DNA of 20,000 bases from an uncultured virus (IMG/VR IMGVR_UViG_3300025887_000015) (IMGVR_UViG_3300025887_000015:58606-78605); one strand, 5' to 3'; counted from the first letter of the stretch, positions 1 through 8,751 are shown. The notes: a model not told the origin generated them from the sequence alone. Made by a program: numbers and translations.

Positions 1-110
1 ACCATGGGTTAATCGATGACGAAGTAATTGTCTTGTCTTATATGGATAAGAGTTTTGAATACCATTTGGATAAAGATTTAAAAATAAATCAAATATATTT
101 GGTAATGTAA
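1..110 (+). CDS. 3' end of a hypothetical protein starting before the window
   Basis: Frame 3 is open from 3 to TAA at 108-110 (HGLIDDEVIVLSYMDKSFEYHLDKDLK...). Confidence 0.55.
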   Translation, partial: HGLIDDEVIVLSYMDKSFEYHLDKDLKINQIYLVM

Positions 111-162
111 TATATTATTCTTACCTTTGAAGTATAATCAAAAAAACAAAAAACAATAAACT

Positions 163-468
163 ATGGATTTAACATTCAACCCAGATGCGAAAGCACAAAG
201 AACCAAAGAAGCGTATAATAATGCGTTATCTGAAATCTCAGATAATTTAAAAAACGGAAACAAAATAACACACCTTTATATTGATAAAGAGGTTGCTGCT
301 GATGTTAGAAGTATGCTCAATGATGAGTTTAAGCGTCAAGGCAAAGAGGATAATTTCAATTGGGGTGTAGTGAGACGTTCACGCAATGAGTTTAGTCGTC
401 AAATGCAAGATTTCACTGGTGAAACTATTGGTGACCAAAAACATTATAAACTATGTTATAGTAATTAA
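163..468 (+). CDS. Hypothetical phage protein
   Basis: 101 aa ORF with own promoter and A-rich leader. Confidence 0.8.
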   Translation: MDLTFNPDAKAQRTKEAYNNALSEISDNLKNGNKITHLYIDKEVAADVRSMLNDEFKRQGKEDNFNWGVVRRSRNEFSRQMQDFTGETIGDQKHYKLCYSN

Positions 469-544
469 TTGTAAGCGATTAATTATTTAAAAAAACCCTA
501 TCATTTATTTGGTAGGGTTATTTTTTTTTCTTATCTTTGTTATA

Positions 545-597
545 ACAAAGGGCCTGACCTAACAAGTCGGAAGAGTAGACTCCAACCTACCTTATAT
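545..597 (+). ncRNA. Repeated small RNA, copy 1
   Basis: Promoter TATCTTTG 532-539; core GGAAGAGTAGACTCCAACCTAC 569-590; no ORF; ends approximate. Confidence 0.65.
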
Positions 598-743
598 TTA
601 AGTTTTCATAAAATAAATGTTAAAGTTCTTGGATATTAAAAAGTTTCATTATGTTGTAAATTTACCTGGTTTTATTTGGTTAGTATATAATAAAGTCTTA
701 TATTTGTACTGTAATCAATATTTAATAATCAAAACCAAAACAA

Positions 744-1490
744 ATGAAAAATTTATTCCAAGAAACAAAGTTATTTTTATCACAAGATTATGACTTATTT
801 AAATTCTTTAACTTCAATAGAGAGGCAGACCAAAACCATGTTAATAGATTAGTTGAATCGATTAAGCGTTGGGGTTTTGTTAGTTGTGTTACAGTTATTA
901 AAACTGATGCTATTGATGGTGTAATGTCTTATTATATTTTAGATGGTCAACATAGATTTTTAGCTGCTAAAATTTTGAACATTCCCTTCAAGTTTGATGT
1001 TGTTGAGATAGCTACTACCTTAGAGTTGGCAAACTACCTAGCAGACGTTAATAATTGTGCAAAAGCGTGGGGGACAAATCAATTCCTTAATATATGGTCA
1101 AAATTAAATATTTCAGAATACGTTAAATTATTAAAAGTTCAAACTGAAACTAAAATTCAAATCACACCATTAGTTAAGGCTTATAGTGGTAAAAGTTCAA
1201 TGAATGAATTTCGTAAAGGTACTATGACTTTTACTGATGAAGCCAAGTCAGACCAAATTATTAAGCAAATTGTAGACTTGAATGATTATTTACCTAGTAA
1301 AGCATTTTGTAGACGTGCTATTATTGATATAATGAATGATAAAGACTATAACCATAAAATAATTAAGCCATTAATTATTAGACGTGCTGAAAGTGTTGGG
1401 TTTACTGAAAATGAAAATGACCTTAGAAATGAATTAAAGATGTTAGTTCGTGCATCTAAAGTTAACGCACCTAAATTAAAAGTTGCGTAA
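744..1490 (+). CDS. ParB/Srx-like N-terminal domain protein (DGQHR motif)
   Basis: NR..HVNRLVESI..GF...YILDGQHRFLAAK is the ParB-N/DGQHR signature. Confidence 0.8.
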   Translation: MKNLFQETKLFLSQDYDLFKFFNFNREADQNHVNRLVESIKRWGFVSCVTVIKTDAIDGVMSYYILDGQHRFLAAKILNIPFKFDVVEIATTLELANYLADVNNCAKAWGTNQFLNIWSKLNISEYVKLLKVQTETKIQITPLVKAYSGKSSMNEFRKGTMTFTDEAKSDQIIKQIVDLNDYLPSKAFCRRAIIDIMNDKDYNHKIIKPLIIRRAESVGFTENENDLRNELKMLVRASKVNAPKLKVA

Positions 1491-1577
1491 ATTTATAAAA
1501 TAACCTGGTAATTATTTTGCTAGGTTATTTTTTATCTTATATTTGTAATATCAATATTTAATCAAAACAAACTAATT

Positions 1578-2507
1578 ATGTTAACAGAAAATCAAGTAAA
1601 AGTTCAAATCATTAGAAACCCTAATGTAAAGTCAAATGAGTTAGATTTTAATTTTGAAGTGCCACAAAAGTTAGGTGGACTTAAACGTGAAATAACGGTC
1701 AAGCGTAACAACTTATTAAAGTTAGCTAAGTCAAGTACTTATACTCACATAACATTAAGTAAAAAGTTAGGAATCACATCTTATGCTTTAAGTCGTTTCT
1801 TAGATAAAGAAACCAACAACCCTATTAATGCAGAAGCTATTTATACTGCTATCTATTCAGTAGATTTGAATGAGTTAAAAGAAGAAACCAAAACTCGTTT
1901 CAATGGTGTTAATAAAATGAATATACGATATAAGTTTATCGAAGCTATTGGAAAAACTAAAAAAACACAAGGTAGGTTTTTTAGCTTACCAAGTGAAACT
2001 TGTGCCTTTGAAAATGAATTGAATATTAATTTAGAAAATAAGTTTCATTACATCGGTGCTGAATGTAAAAAAGATATTTTTGAACAAGCATTACAAACCA
2101 TTGCAAAGTATAAACTTTCAATGCAGTTACATTTAGGTAAAGCAAGTGAAGTTTTAATGTCAAAAAAGAATGATTTTTTTGCTCATATATTTGCTGATTA
2201 TTGTGGTACATTTCCAAGCTACGAAGCTGAAATTAGACATATTTTTACTAATAATTTAGTGATACGTGGTGGGTTAATTGGTTTAACTTTCACTACTCGT
2301 GAAGCAAACACTAAAAATCAAACGTCTATTGAGTATCATAAATCGATTTTAGCTGAAATAGGCTCTAAAGATACACCAACTACAATTGGTGGTATTAGAT
2401 TGAAGTTATTGTCTTTTATGAGTAACAACTATAAATTTGAGGAAGTAATTGATTATTCTGATGATGGTTCACACATGGTATTTGTTTTGATAAAAAGAGT
2501 GAAATAA
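1578..2507 (+). CDS. HTH domain fused to a class I SAM-methyltransferase-like domain
   Basis: HTH-like LSKKLGITSYALSRFL; C-terminal Rossmann-like pattern YIGAE...HIFADYCG...GGLIGLTF; recognised by eye. Confidence 0.55.
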   Translation: MLTENQVKVQIIRNPNVKSNELDFNFEVPQKLGGLKREITVKRNNLLKLAKSSTYTHITLSKKLGITSYALSRFLDKETNNPINAEAIYTAIYSVDLNELKEETKTRFNGVNKMNIRYKFIEAIGKTKKTQGRFFSLPSETCAFENELNINLENKFHYIGAECKKDIFEQALQTIAKYKLSMQLHLGKASEVLMSKKNDFFAHIFADYCGTFPSYEAEIRHIFTNNLVIRGGLIGLTFTTREANTKNQTSIEYHKSILAEIGSKDTPTTIGGIRLKLLSFMSNNYKFEEVIDYSDDGSHMVFVLIKRVK

Positions 2508-2520
2508 AATAACTCTTTAT

Positions 2521-2551
2521 AAATGGCCTCTAAATTTAGAGGCCATTTTTT
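2521..2551 (+). terminator. Intrinsic terminator
   Basis: Inverted repeat AAATGGCCTCTAAA/TTTAGAGGCCATTT followed by T-run. Confidence 0.85.
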
Positions 2552-2619
2552 ATGTTAAATAATTAGGTTTATATATAATAAAGTCTTATATTTGTGCTGT
2601 AATCAAAACAACAAGACAA

Positions 2620-2934
2620 ATGAAAAGAGTACAAAACCTTAAAGATGTAAATATTACTCTTGAAGACTTATACAAGGGTAAAAAACAAATAAATTTACAC
2701 TTGTCTGATAAACCTTATACGTTTTCACTTATCTTAAAAGATAGACATGGTGTAGATTGTAAATTGAGTTCCTTTGGTGCAAATCTTTATGTTAGAACCA
2801 ATAAGGGGTTAAATTATGAAAGATATCAATCATTAAGTAGTTTACAATCTGCAATTAAACGTGCAATCAAAACTAAAGTTGAAACTGAGGGCGAAATCAC
2901 ATTTTCATTATCTGATGAAGTTTATACATTTTAA
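2620..2934 (+). CDS. Hypothetical phage protein
   Basis: 104 aa ORF with own promoter at 2587. Confidence 0.8.
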   Translation: MKRVQNLKDVNITLEDLYKGKKQINLHLSDKPYTFSLILKDRHGVDCKLSSFGANLYVRTNKGLNYERYQSLSSLQSAIKRAIKTKVETEGEITFSLSDEVYTF

Positions 2935-2991
2935 TTAGGATAAATCAAATATATTTCTTATCTTTGTAATGTAATCAAAACAAAACAACAA

Positions 2992-3141
2992 ATGACTTAT
3001 CAAGACAAATTTAATGCACGTATCAATTTAAGAGCTGAACTATTAGCAATCCAATTATCAAAAGTTAATGGTATTGTTAGTAATAGTATCAAAGCAATGT
3101 ATGGAATCCATACTAACAAACTTTTATATAATAAAATATAA
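2992..3141 (+). CDS. Small hypothetical protein (49 aa, not in ORF track)
   Basis: MTYQDKFNARINLRAELLAIQLSK...; promoter 2959 and standard AATCAAAAC leader. Confidence 0.7.
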   Translation: MTYQDKFNARINLRAELLAIQLSKVNGIVSNSIKAMYGIHTNKLLYNKI

Positions 3142-3144
3142 TTT

Positions 3145-3256
3145 AAAATAACCCATCATTTATTTGGTGGGTTCATTTTTTTTTCTTATCTTTGTATTGG
3201 TTGACGGGCGCACTACGGTGGGAAGAGTAGACTCCAACCTACGCTTATTTTTTTTT
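3145..3256 (+). repeat. 112-bp exact direct repeat, copy A (terminator-promoter-sRNA module)
   Basis: Identical to 5146-5257. Confidence 0.95.
3200..3252 (+). ncRNA. Repeated small RNA, copy 2
   Basis: Promoter 3187-3194; CAC-TACG-GTG (cUACGg tetraloop) hairpin; core 3221-3242; T-run. Confidence 0.7.
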
Positions 3257-3332
3257 TGAAAATAAATGTTAAATTATTTGGTGGGTATATAATATTGTCT
3301 TATATTTGTAGTGAACAAATAATCAAAACAAC

Positions 3333-3758
3333 ATGACTACTCAAGCAAACATCATTTCAAGCGAAGCCCTTTATAACGTTATCAAGCGTGAAAAGAATAA
3401 TAAGGGTGCTACTTTTACTATCAAGTCTAAATTGACTGGTAAGGACTTCACCTATAAGATTGCTCGTAGTGAGTTTAAAGGACGTTGGTACACTCAAGTA
3501 TATGTTGAAACAGGATATATGCAATTCACTCATTTAGGTTCTTACTTCAAAGGTAAGATATATAAGCGTGGTGGTGAAATTACTTCACCAAGTGCAATAG
3601 GAATTAGTTTCGTGTTGTTTAAGGTAGAAAATAGACATTTTGAGTGGATTGACCGTCAAGCTGAAATAATGCACTTAGGTTCGTGCTTATGTTGTGGTAA
3701 GACGTTAACTGATGCTCAAAGTATAGAGCGTGGACTTGGCCCAGTATGTGCTGGGTAA
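3333..3758 (+). CDS. DUF6011-like zinc-binding phage protein
   Basis: C-terminal GSCLCCGKTLTDAQSIERGLGPVC. Confidence 0.8.
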   Translation: MTTQANIISSEALYNVIKREKNNKGATFTIKSKLTGKDFTYKIARSEFKGRWYTQVYVETGYMQFTHLGSYFKGKIYKRGGEITSPSAIGISFVLFKVENRHFEWIDRQAEIMHLGSCLCCGKTLTDAQSIERGLGPVCAG

Positions 3759-3840
3759 GTCCTTAAAAAAAAAGTGTTAAAATTTTTGGTAGTTATATAA
3801 TAAAGCCTTATATTTGTACTGTAATCAAAACAACAACTAC

Positions 3841-4560
3841 ATGAAAGATATTAAATACATTTATAGATTAGGTAATACGGTTAACGTATTAAATGCTAAA
3901 GTTTCACAAAACAGTAAGATTGGAATTGGTTATATTATTCAAACATACCATTATTCAATTGAACAAGTTATGGATGCTAGTTTAGTAAATGATAAAGCAA
4001 GTTGTTTAGATTGTCCTTTATCATATAACCAAAACAATGGTAAAAGTGGTGGGTGTTATACTCACAAAGGTATGCAATTAATGGGTTTAAAATCTATGTT
4101 AAGGGGTCTTAATAGAAAATTAAATACTATTAATGAATTTAAACAAAGTGACTTTTTTAACTTTGTTAATAAAGTTAAAGCAACTAACAAAGTAGATTTA
4201 GTTCGTTTTGGTGCTTATGGTGAACCAATTCTATTACCTTTAAAAGTTGTTGAAGTCTTAAGTGGTTTAAGTCAAAAAACTACAGGATATACTCATCAAT
4301 GGAATAAACCACAATACCAAAAATATAATAAGTTTTTTATGTCGTCAACACATACTGAAACAGAACGTCAACAAGCTAAAGATTTAGGTTACCGTTCGTT
4401 TTTTGTTGCTACAAGTGAAATAAAGGGTTTTAAGCCACAAAATGCAGTTAATTGTCCAGCAAGTAAGGAAAGTTCTAAAAACCTTTCATGCATCGCTTGT
4501 GGGCTTTGTAATGGTACTAGCAGAGGTATTAAAAAAGATATCTATATAATGAAACATTAA
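3841..4560 (+). CDS. Cys-rich, gp88-like / radical-SAM-like putative Fe-S protein
   Basis: CxxC...CY, RFGAYGEP, GYTHQW, CPA...CxxCxxC; the track's TTG start at 3814 lies in the promoter, so ATG 3841 is preferred. Confidence 0.6.
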   Translation: MKDIKYIYRLGNTVNVLNAKVSQNSKIGIGYIIQTYHYSIEQVMDASLVNDKASCLDCPLSYNQNNGKSGGCYTHKGMQLMGLKSMLRGLNRKLNTINEFKQSDFFNFVNKVKATNKVDLVRFGAYGEPILLPLKVVEVLSGLSQKTTGYTHQWNKPQYQKYNKFFMSSTHTETERQQAKDLGYRSFFVATSEIKGFKPQNAVNCPASKESSKNLSCIACGLCNGTSRGIKKDIYIMKH

Positions 4561-4618
4561 TTTAAAAAAGACTACCATTAATTTGGTAGTCTTATTTTTT
4601 TGTCTTATATTTGTAGTA

Positions 4619-4672
4619 TACAAAGCAACCGAGCAAAGGTGAGAAGTAGACTCCACCCTACGCTTATTTTTT
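4619..4672 (+). ncRNA. Repeated small RNA, copy 3 (divergent)
   Basis: Promoter 4606-4613; variant core GAGAAGTAGACTCCACCCTAC 4641-4661; AAGC/GCTT closing stem; T-run. Confidence 0.65.
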
Positions 4673-4752
4673 TTTATAAATTAAATATTAAATTATTTGG
4701 TAGTTAAATAATAAAGTCTTATATTTGTACTGTAATCAAAACAACAGAAATT

Positions 4753-5136
4753 ATGTCAAAAGAAATCGAATTAAAATTATCAAATGAGAAGTGTATTGAA
4801 ATTTTCTTTAATGCTTTGTGTAATGGCTTAGGTTACATTGGTGGTTATGGTATAACCATTGATTGTGATAGAGATGCATATAATGATGCTAGAGCCAAGT
4901 TAGATGTCCCAGCATTTGAGGACGTGTTAATTCAAGTATTAAAAGATGGTGGTGTTATTCAATTCGTGGATAACGAAGGTGAAGAAACTACTGATGTTAC
5001 CTTAGATATGGTTTTAGAACGTATACCACAAGTTGAATTAGATACTCTAATGGAGATGATTCAAGAACAAGATGATGCGTGTACTGCTGATATCATTCTA
5101 CAAACTGTTATCTACGGAGAAGTTCAATTCGGATAA
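4753..5136 (+). CDS. Acidic hypothetical phage protein
   Basis: 127 aa; C-terminal DACTADIILQTVIYGEVQFG; own promoter. Confidence 0.85.
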   Translation: MSKEIELKLSNEKCIEIFFNALCNGLGYIGGYGITIDCDRDAYNDARAKLDVPAFEDVLIQVLKDGGVIQFVDNEGEETTDVTLDMVLERIPQVELDTLMEMIQEQDDACTADIILQTVIYGEVQFG

Positions 5137-5145
5137 AATTAATTA

Positions 5146-5257
5146 AAAATAACCCATCATTTATTTGGTGGGTTCATTTTTTTTTCTTATCTTTGTATTG
5201 GTTGACGGGCGCACTACGGTGGGAAGAGTAGACTCCAACCTACGCTTATTTTTTTTT
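5146..5257 (+). repeat. 112-bp exact direct repeat, copy B
   Basis: Identical to 3145-3256, offset 2001 bp. Confidence 0.95.
5201..5253 (+). ncRNA. Repeated small RNA, copy 4 (identical to copy 2)
   Basis: Promoter 5188-5195; core 5222-5243. Confidence 0.7.
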
Positions 5258-5351
5258 ATAGCAAATGTTAAAATTTTAAAATAAGTGTTAAAATATTAGG
5301 ATGGTATATAATAAAGTCTTATATTTGTATTATAATCAAAACAACAACATT

Positions 5352-5750
5352 ATGACAACTACACAAACAGAACTTTCAGAAGCTTATTCAATGTTAAGTG
5401 ATATGCATAAAGATGCATATGGTTTCAGATGTAGAACTTATAGAAGTGACCTTACCATTAAGGAAATTCATGAAGAATTTGATAAACTTCAAGTTGTTAT
5501 TAAGCGTAACATAGAGGAAGAACGTCTTTGGGAGATGGAGCAAGAGATGGCTTTTAAGTTACTTTTACAGAAGACTATTCAGTTAGGTGCTGGAGATGAA
5601 CAAACAGCTCTTAGATGGATTGTAGAGGGTGAAATTGAAGACACTAGAGACTACTTTGAGATTGAGAGTTTCTTATATCGTTATGGTATGATGCATACCG
5701 AATATGGTAGGATTATTAAGCAAAGAATTATTCATATGTTTTGTAAATAA
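5352..5750 (+). CDS. Hypothetical phage protein (SDMHKDAYGFR motif)
   Basis: Start moved to ATG 5352, downstream of promoter 5320. Confidence 0.8.
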   Translation: MTTTQTELSEAYSMLSDMHKDAYGFRCRTYRSDLTIKEIHEEFDKLQVVIKRNIEEERLWEMEQEMAFKLLLQKTIQLGAGDEQTALRWIVEGEIEDTRDYFEIESFLYRYGMMHTEYGRIIKQRIIHMFCK

Positions 5751-5804
5751 TTTGGTAGTTTCATTTATTTTTCTTATCTTTGTATTAATCAAAACAATAA
5801 CATT

Positions 5805-6023
5805 ATGAATTTACAAAAACACATTTGGGAAGGTTGGACTGTTCAAAACTTCATTGACGATTTATCTATACAATTAGATATAATTCAAACAGGTAAGTCG
5901 TGGAAAGACCCTTTAACTTCAAAAAAGGAATTAAAAGTATGGTGCATGGATAATCAACCTTATTATAAGAAATATGTACCTGAAGTGGTAAATTATTTTG
6001 CCAAGAAGTATAACTTAAAATAA
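5805..6023 (+). CDS. Hypothetical phage protein
   Basis: 72 aa with own promoter. Confidence 0.8.
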   Translation: MNLQKHIWEGWTVQNFIDDLSIQLDIIQTGKSWKDPLTSKKELKVWCMDNQPYYKKYVPEVVNYFAKKYNLK

Positions 6024-6099
6024 TCATAAATAAGACTATCATATATTTGGTAGTCTTATTTATTTTTCTTATCTTTGTATTAATCAAAACAACAAGACA

Positions 6100-6390
6100 A
6101 TGAAATATCACGATGTTAAACAATTACAGGCTTTACATGGTCGAAAAGAATTACAAGATAGTATCAATGATGCTTCAATCTGGAAATTTGAAGGTAGTGC
6201 TGGACGTAGAGCAATGGATGCTTTAAGAAGCGGTGAATGTATGTTACCAAAAAAACAAACCTTTGACTATTATGGTAATCCATTACCGTCAAGAGATTGG
6301 CTTAAAGCTGGAACTAAAGGTAGTTATAAAAATTCATTAAACTTTTGGAAGAAAGTTGCAGACGGTGAAATAGATTTATATGATGAATAA
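6100..6390 (+). CDS. Hypothetical phage protein
   Basis: 96 aa with own promoter. Confidence 0.8.
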   Translation: MKYHDVKQLQALHGRKELQDSINDASIWKFEGSAGRRAMDALRSGECMLPKKQTFDYYGNPLPSRDWLKAGTKGSYKNSLNFWKKVADGEIDLYDE

Positions 6391-6394
6391 GACA

Positions 6395-6667
6395 ATGAAT
6401 AAACCAAAATTTTATATCGTATGGATTGAAGGAATATCACCAAGATTTGGTGAGAAGTTAAAACAATTCATTGAGAGTCATCGTCAAGAAGATTATATTA
6501 TAACCACTCGGATGACTAAAGCTATGCGGGTGAAACCACAAGACGTTGAGGAAGTAAAAGAGAAGTTGAAGAATATTGGAGTATCTAACTGGTGCTTAGA
6601 AAATCCTCACACTTTTTTCCCAACAAGATATGCACCATCTGGTACCATATTCAAGTCTGAAAAATAA
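6395..6667 (+). CDS. Hypothetical phage protein
   Basis: Follows the upstream gene directly; start could be 6380, 6383 or 6395. Confidence 0.7.
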   Translation: MNKPKFYIVWIEGISPRFGEKLKQFIESHRQEDYIITTRMTKAMRVKPQDVEEVKEKLKNIGVSNWCLENPHTFFPTRYAPSGTIFKSEK

Positions 6668-6700
6668 CCAATACACAAATGTGTACACTAAAATATTATT

Positions 6701-6853
6701 ATGGAAAAAGAACGTTTAGAATACCTAAGACAAGAACTAAGAGCTGAACGCATTAGCTACGGAGAATTACAAGAACTTCAATCTTTAGTAGATTTTATTG
6801 AAGATGGTGATGTTGAATTGTTAGAAGCTGCGGGAGTTCCTGAATTTAATTAA
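6701..6853 (+). CDS. Small acidic hypothetical protein (50 aa, not in ORF track)
   Basis: MEKERLEYLRQELRAERISYGELQELQSL...LLEAAGVPEFN. Confidence 0.8.
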   Translation: MEKERLEYLRQELRAERISYGELQELQSLVDFIEDGDVELLEAAGVPEFN

Positions 6854-6897
6854 AAATAAATTTGGATAATTAAAATATAAGTTGTATATTTGTAATA

Positions 6898-7215
6898 TCA
6901 AAAAGAGCTGAGAAATCCACAGCCACCACGATGAAAGGAAGTAACGGTAAAAAATAAAAGAGGTGACCATATAAAAGTGGAAAGGTTTTAAATTAATTCC
7001 AGCTGTCACAAACCGTCAACACCGAAAGGAAAAAGACAAAGGAAAGATATTAGATTAACCTAGAGAACCCATGGGAGTTACGGTTACTAATAGAATGGGT
7101 GAGATAAACAAAGCCTCTTTTTTAATTAAAGTGTACCGTTAGTGAATGTATGCACTTAAAATTTACGAGCATTGCGAATTAAAAGCCATCTGTTAATTAC
7201 AGATGGCTTTTTTTT
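6898..7215 (+). ncRNA. Candidate ~300-nt structured non-coding RNA
   Basis: Own promoter 6885-6892, terminator 7181-7215, no sizeable sense ORF, nested long-range stems. Confidence 0.6.
7181..7215 (+). terminator. Intrinsic terminator
   Basis: AAAAGCCATCTGT...ACAGATGGCTTTT plus T-run. Confidence 0.9.
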
Positions 7216-7285
7216 ATGTTAAAATATTTGGTGGTTATATAATAAAGCCTTATATTTGCATATGTTTAATTAAATACTTTATATT

Positions 7286-7789
7286 ATGAATTTACAATTA
7301 AAGAATGTACACTTCTCTGAAAGACTTTCACAAGAAACAAACGCCTTTGCTGCCGATGTATTTTTCAACGGTAAAAAAGTAGGTTATGCTGAAAATGATG
7401 GTCATGGTGGTTGTACTAATGTTGGTGCTTATCCTGAAAAAAGAGATGAGTTTAATGAGGCGTGTGAATATGCCAAGAGTTTACCTGAAATAGTTTATGA
7501 AGGTAGTGGTGGGTTAGATGGGTTTTCTATTAACTCCAATATGGAAAATCAGGTAGATGAGTTATTCAATAAATGGTTAGATAAGAAAGAAATTCAACAA
7601 AATTCAGCTAAAGGTATCTTTTATGAAAAACCTAATGGTACTAGAGCAACAACTTATTGGAAAGGGTGGTCAATTAAGAAGTTATTAGAAACGCCACAAG
7701 GTCGTGCCACAGTTAAAAATGCTATTAATAGACTTCAAAAAGATGGAAATACCATCCTGAATACCAATTTAGGGGTACTTTTAAGCTAA
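7286..7789 (+). CDS. Hypothetical phage protein (SxET..F.A...NGKK.G.A.NDGHGG motif)
   Basis: 167 aa with own promoter. Confidence 0.85.
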   Translation: MNLQLKNVHFSERLSQETNAFAADVFFNGKKVGYAENDGHGGCTNVGAYPEKRDEFNEACEYAKSLPEIVYEGSGGLDGFSINSNMENQVDELFNKWLDKKEIQQNSAKGIFYEKPNGTRATTYWKGWSIKKLLETPQGRATVKNAINRLQKDGNTILNTNLGVLLS

Positions 7790-7811
7790 ATTAGCCCTAT
7801 TTTAACGAAAT

Positions 7812-7834
7812 AAAGCCCCTAAAAGGGGCTTTTT
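7812..7834. terminator. Bidirectional terminator at the convergence of the two gene arrays
   Basis: AAAGCCCCT-AAA-AGGGGCTTTTT. Confidence 0.85.
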
Positions 7835-7891
7835 CATGTTTTAGGGGTACTTTGTCACGGATAGACACAAAAGTGTCTTAGAATGGCTTAT

Positions 7892-8347
7892 TTAGCTTCC
7901 ATATCTAATAATACCAAAATCTATCTCATATTTACCGAATTCCTTGGAATAATAGTCTAAATACTTGGAATATTTGGATTTAAACCTTAAAATCTCAGTT
8001 GCAGAGTTCACATTTAGTAAAGATTGGTCATATTCCCATTCGGTATCAGATTTAATAATTGAATCTTCCCATGAATTAGGTATAAAGAGGCGTTCTACCT
8101 CATTATATTCACCAGCGGTATCAAATGCATCTTCATAGAACCCATCAACATCATCAATATATGAATGTGGATTCGTTTTTTCATTAACTATTTCAGTACA
8201 TAGCTCATATTCTTCACCAGTTTCAGGATTAAAACGGGTATTAGCCCGCTTACCTGATAGGGTTTTATAATATCTCTTTGTTACTGGGATGTTTTGTACT
8301 GGTACTCTTAAAAAACATCCAGCGTATGTCTTGTAGACTGTCCCCAT
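7892..8347 (-). CDS. Hypothetical phage protein
   Basis: 151 aa, abuts upstream gene. Confidence 0.8.
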   Translation of the reverse strand: MGTVYKTYAGCFLRVPVQNIPVTKRYYKTLSGKRANTRFNPETGEEYELCTEIVNEKTNPHSYIDDVDGFYEDAFDTAGEYNEVERLFIPNSWEDSIIKSDTEWEYDQSLLNVNSATEILRFKSKYSKYLDYYSKEFGKYEIDFGIIRYGS

Positions 8348-8551
8348 TTAGTAGTTATTTAGTTTTTTAACGGTTTGTATGTATTTTGGATACAAATCCT
8401 CATACCATGGTATCGATTGACTCTTTAATCTTTCGAATCTTTTGTTTAATCCACACTCTTTGACGGTTATTTCACTGTTCTCAAGCTTCTTAAGCGTCTT
8501 GTGGATGTGAAATAGGTTGATATCTAATGATGAATTACCTTTATATGCCAT
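8348..8551 (-). CDS. Hypothetical phage protein
   Basis: 67 aa, operon-like spacing. Confidence 0.7.
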   Translation of the reverse strand: MAYKGNSSLDINLFHIHKTLKKLENSEITVKECGLNKRFERLKSQSIPWYEDLYPKYIQTVKKLNNY

Positions 8552-8553
8552 AG

Positions 8554-8751
8554 TTATAAGAATTTATTTGGATACTTCCAAGTTTTTGCCTGATATTTTG
8601 AAATTTGATTGGTATCACCAAGAGCTTTCAGGTAGACCCTCCATAACTCATCATACTGGTCGTCATCCAAGTCCTTAAACTTATCTTGAGTCAGTATTTG
8701 GGTCTTAAATCGAGCTGAGACCGTGATTTTCTTTAAGTATTTGCGCTTCAT
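8554..8751 (-). CDS. Hypothetical phage protein
   Basis: 65 aa, ATGA overlap with upstream gene. Confidence 0.7.
   Translation of the reverse strand: MKRKYLKKITVSARFKTQILTQDKFKDLDDDQYDELWRVYLKALGDTNQISKYQAKTWKYPNKFL

Larger units (their letters stand above)
98..7258 (+). promoter_or_regulatory. Array of ~17 Bacteroidota sigma-A-type promoters (TTTG ... TAnnTTTG) on the + strand
   Basis: -7 boxes at 122, 532, 699, 1538, 2587, 2959, 3187, 3301, 3809, 4606, 4720, 5188, 5320, 5775, 6070, 6885 and 7251, each with TTTG/TTAG ~20 nt upstream and an A/C-rich, SD-less leader or an sRNA downstream. Confidence 0.9.

Noticed and set aside
574..583. GAGT-AG-ACTC palindrome as a simple DNA operator
   Set aside because: Copy 3 breaks the palindrome but keeps the GTAG/CTAC stem, and flanks covary as RNA stems; disfavoured but not fully excluded
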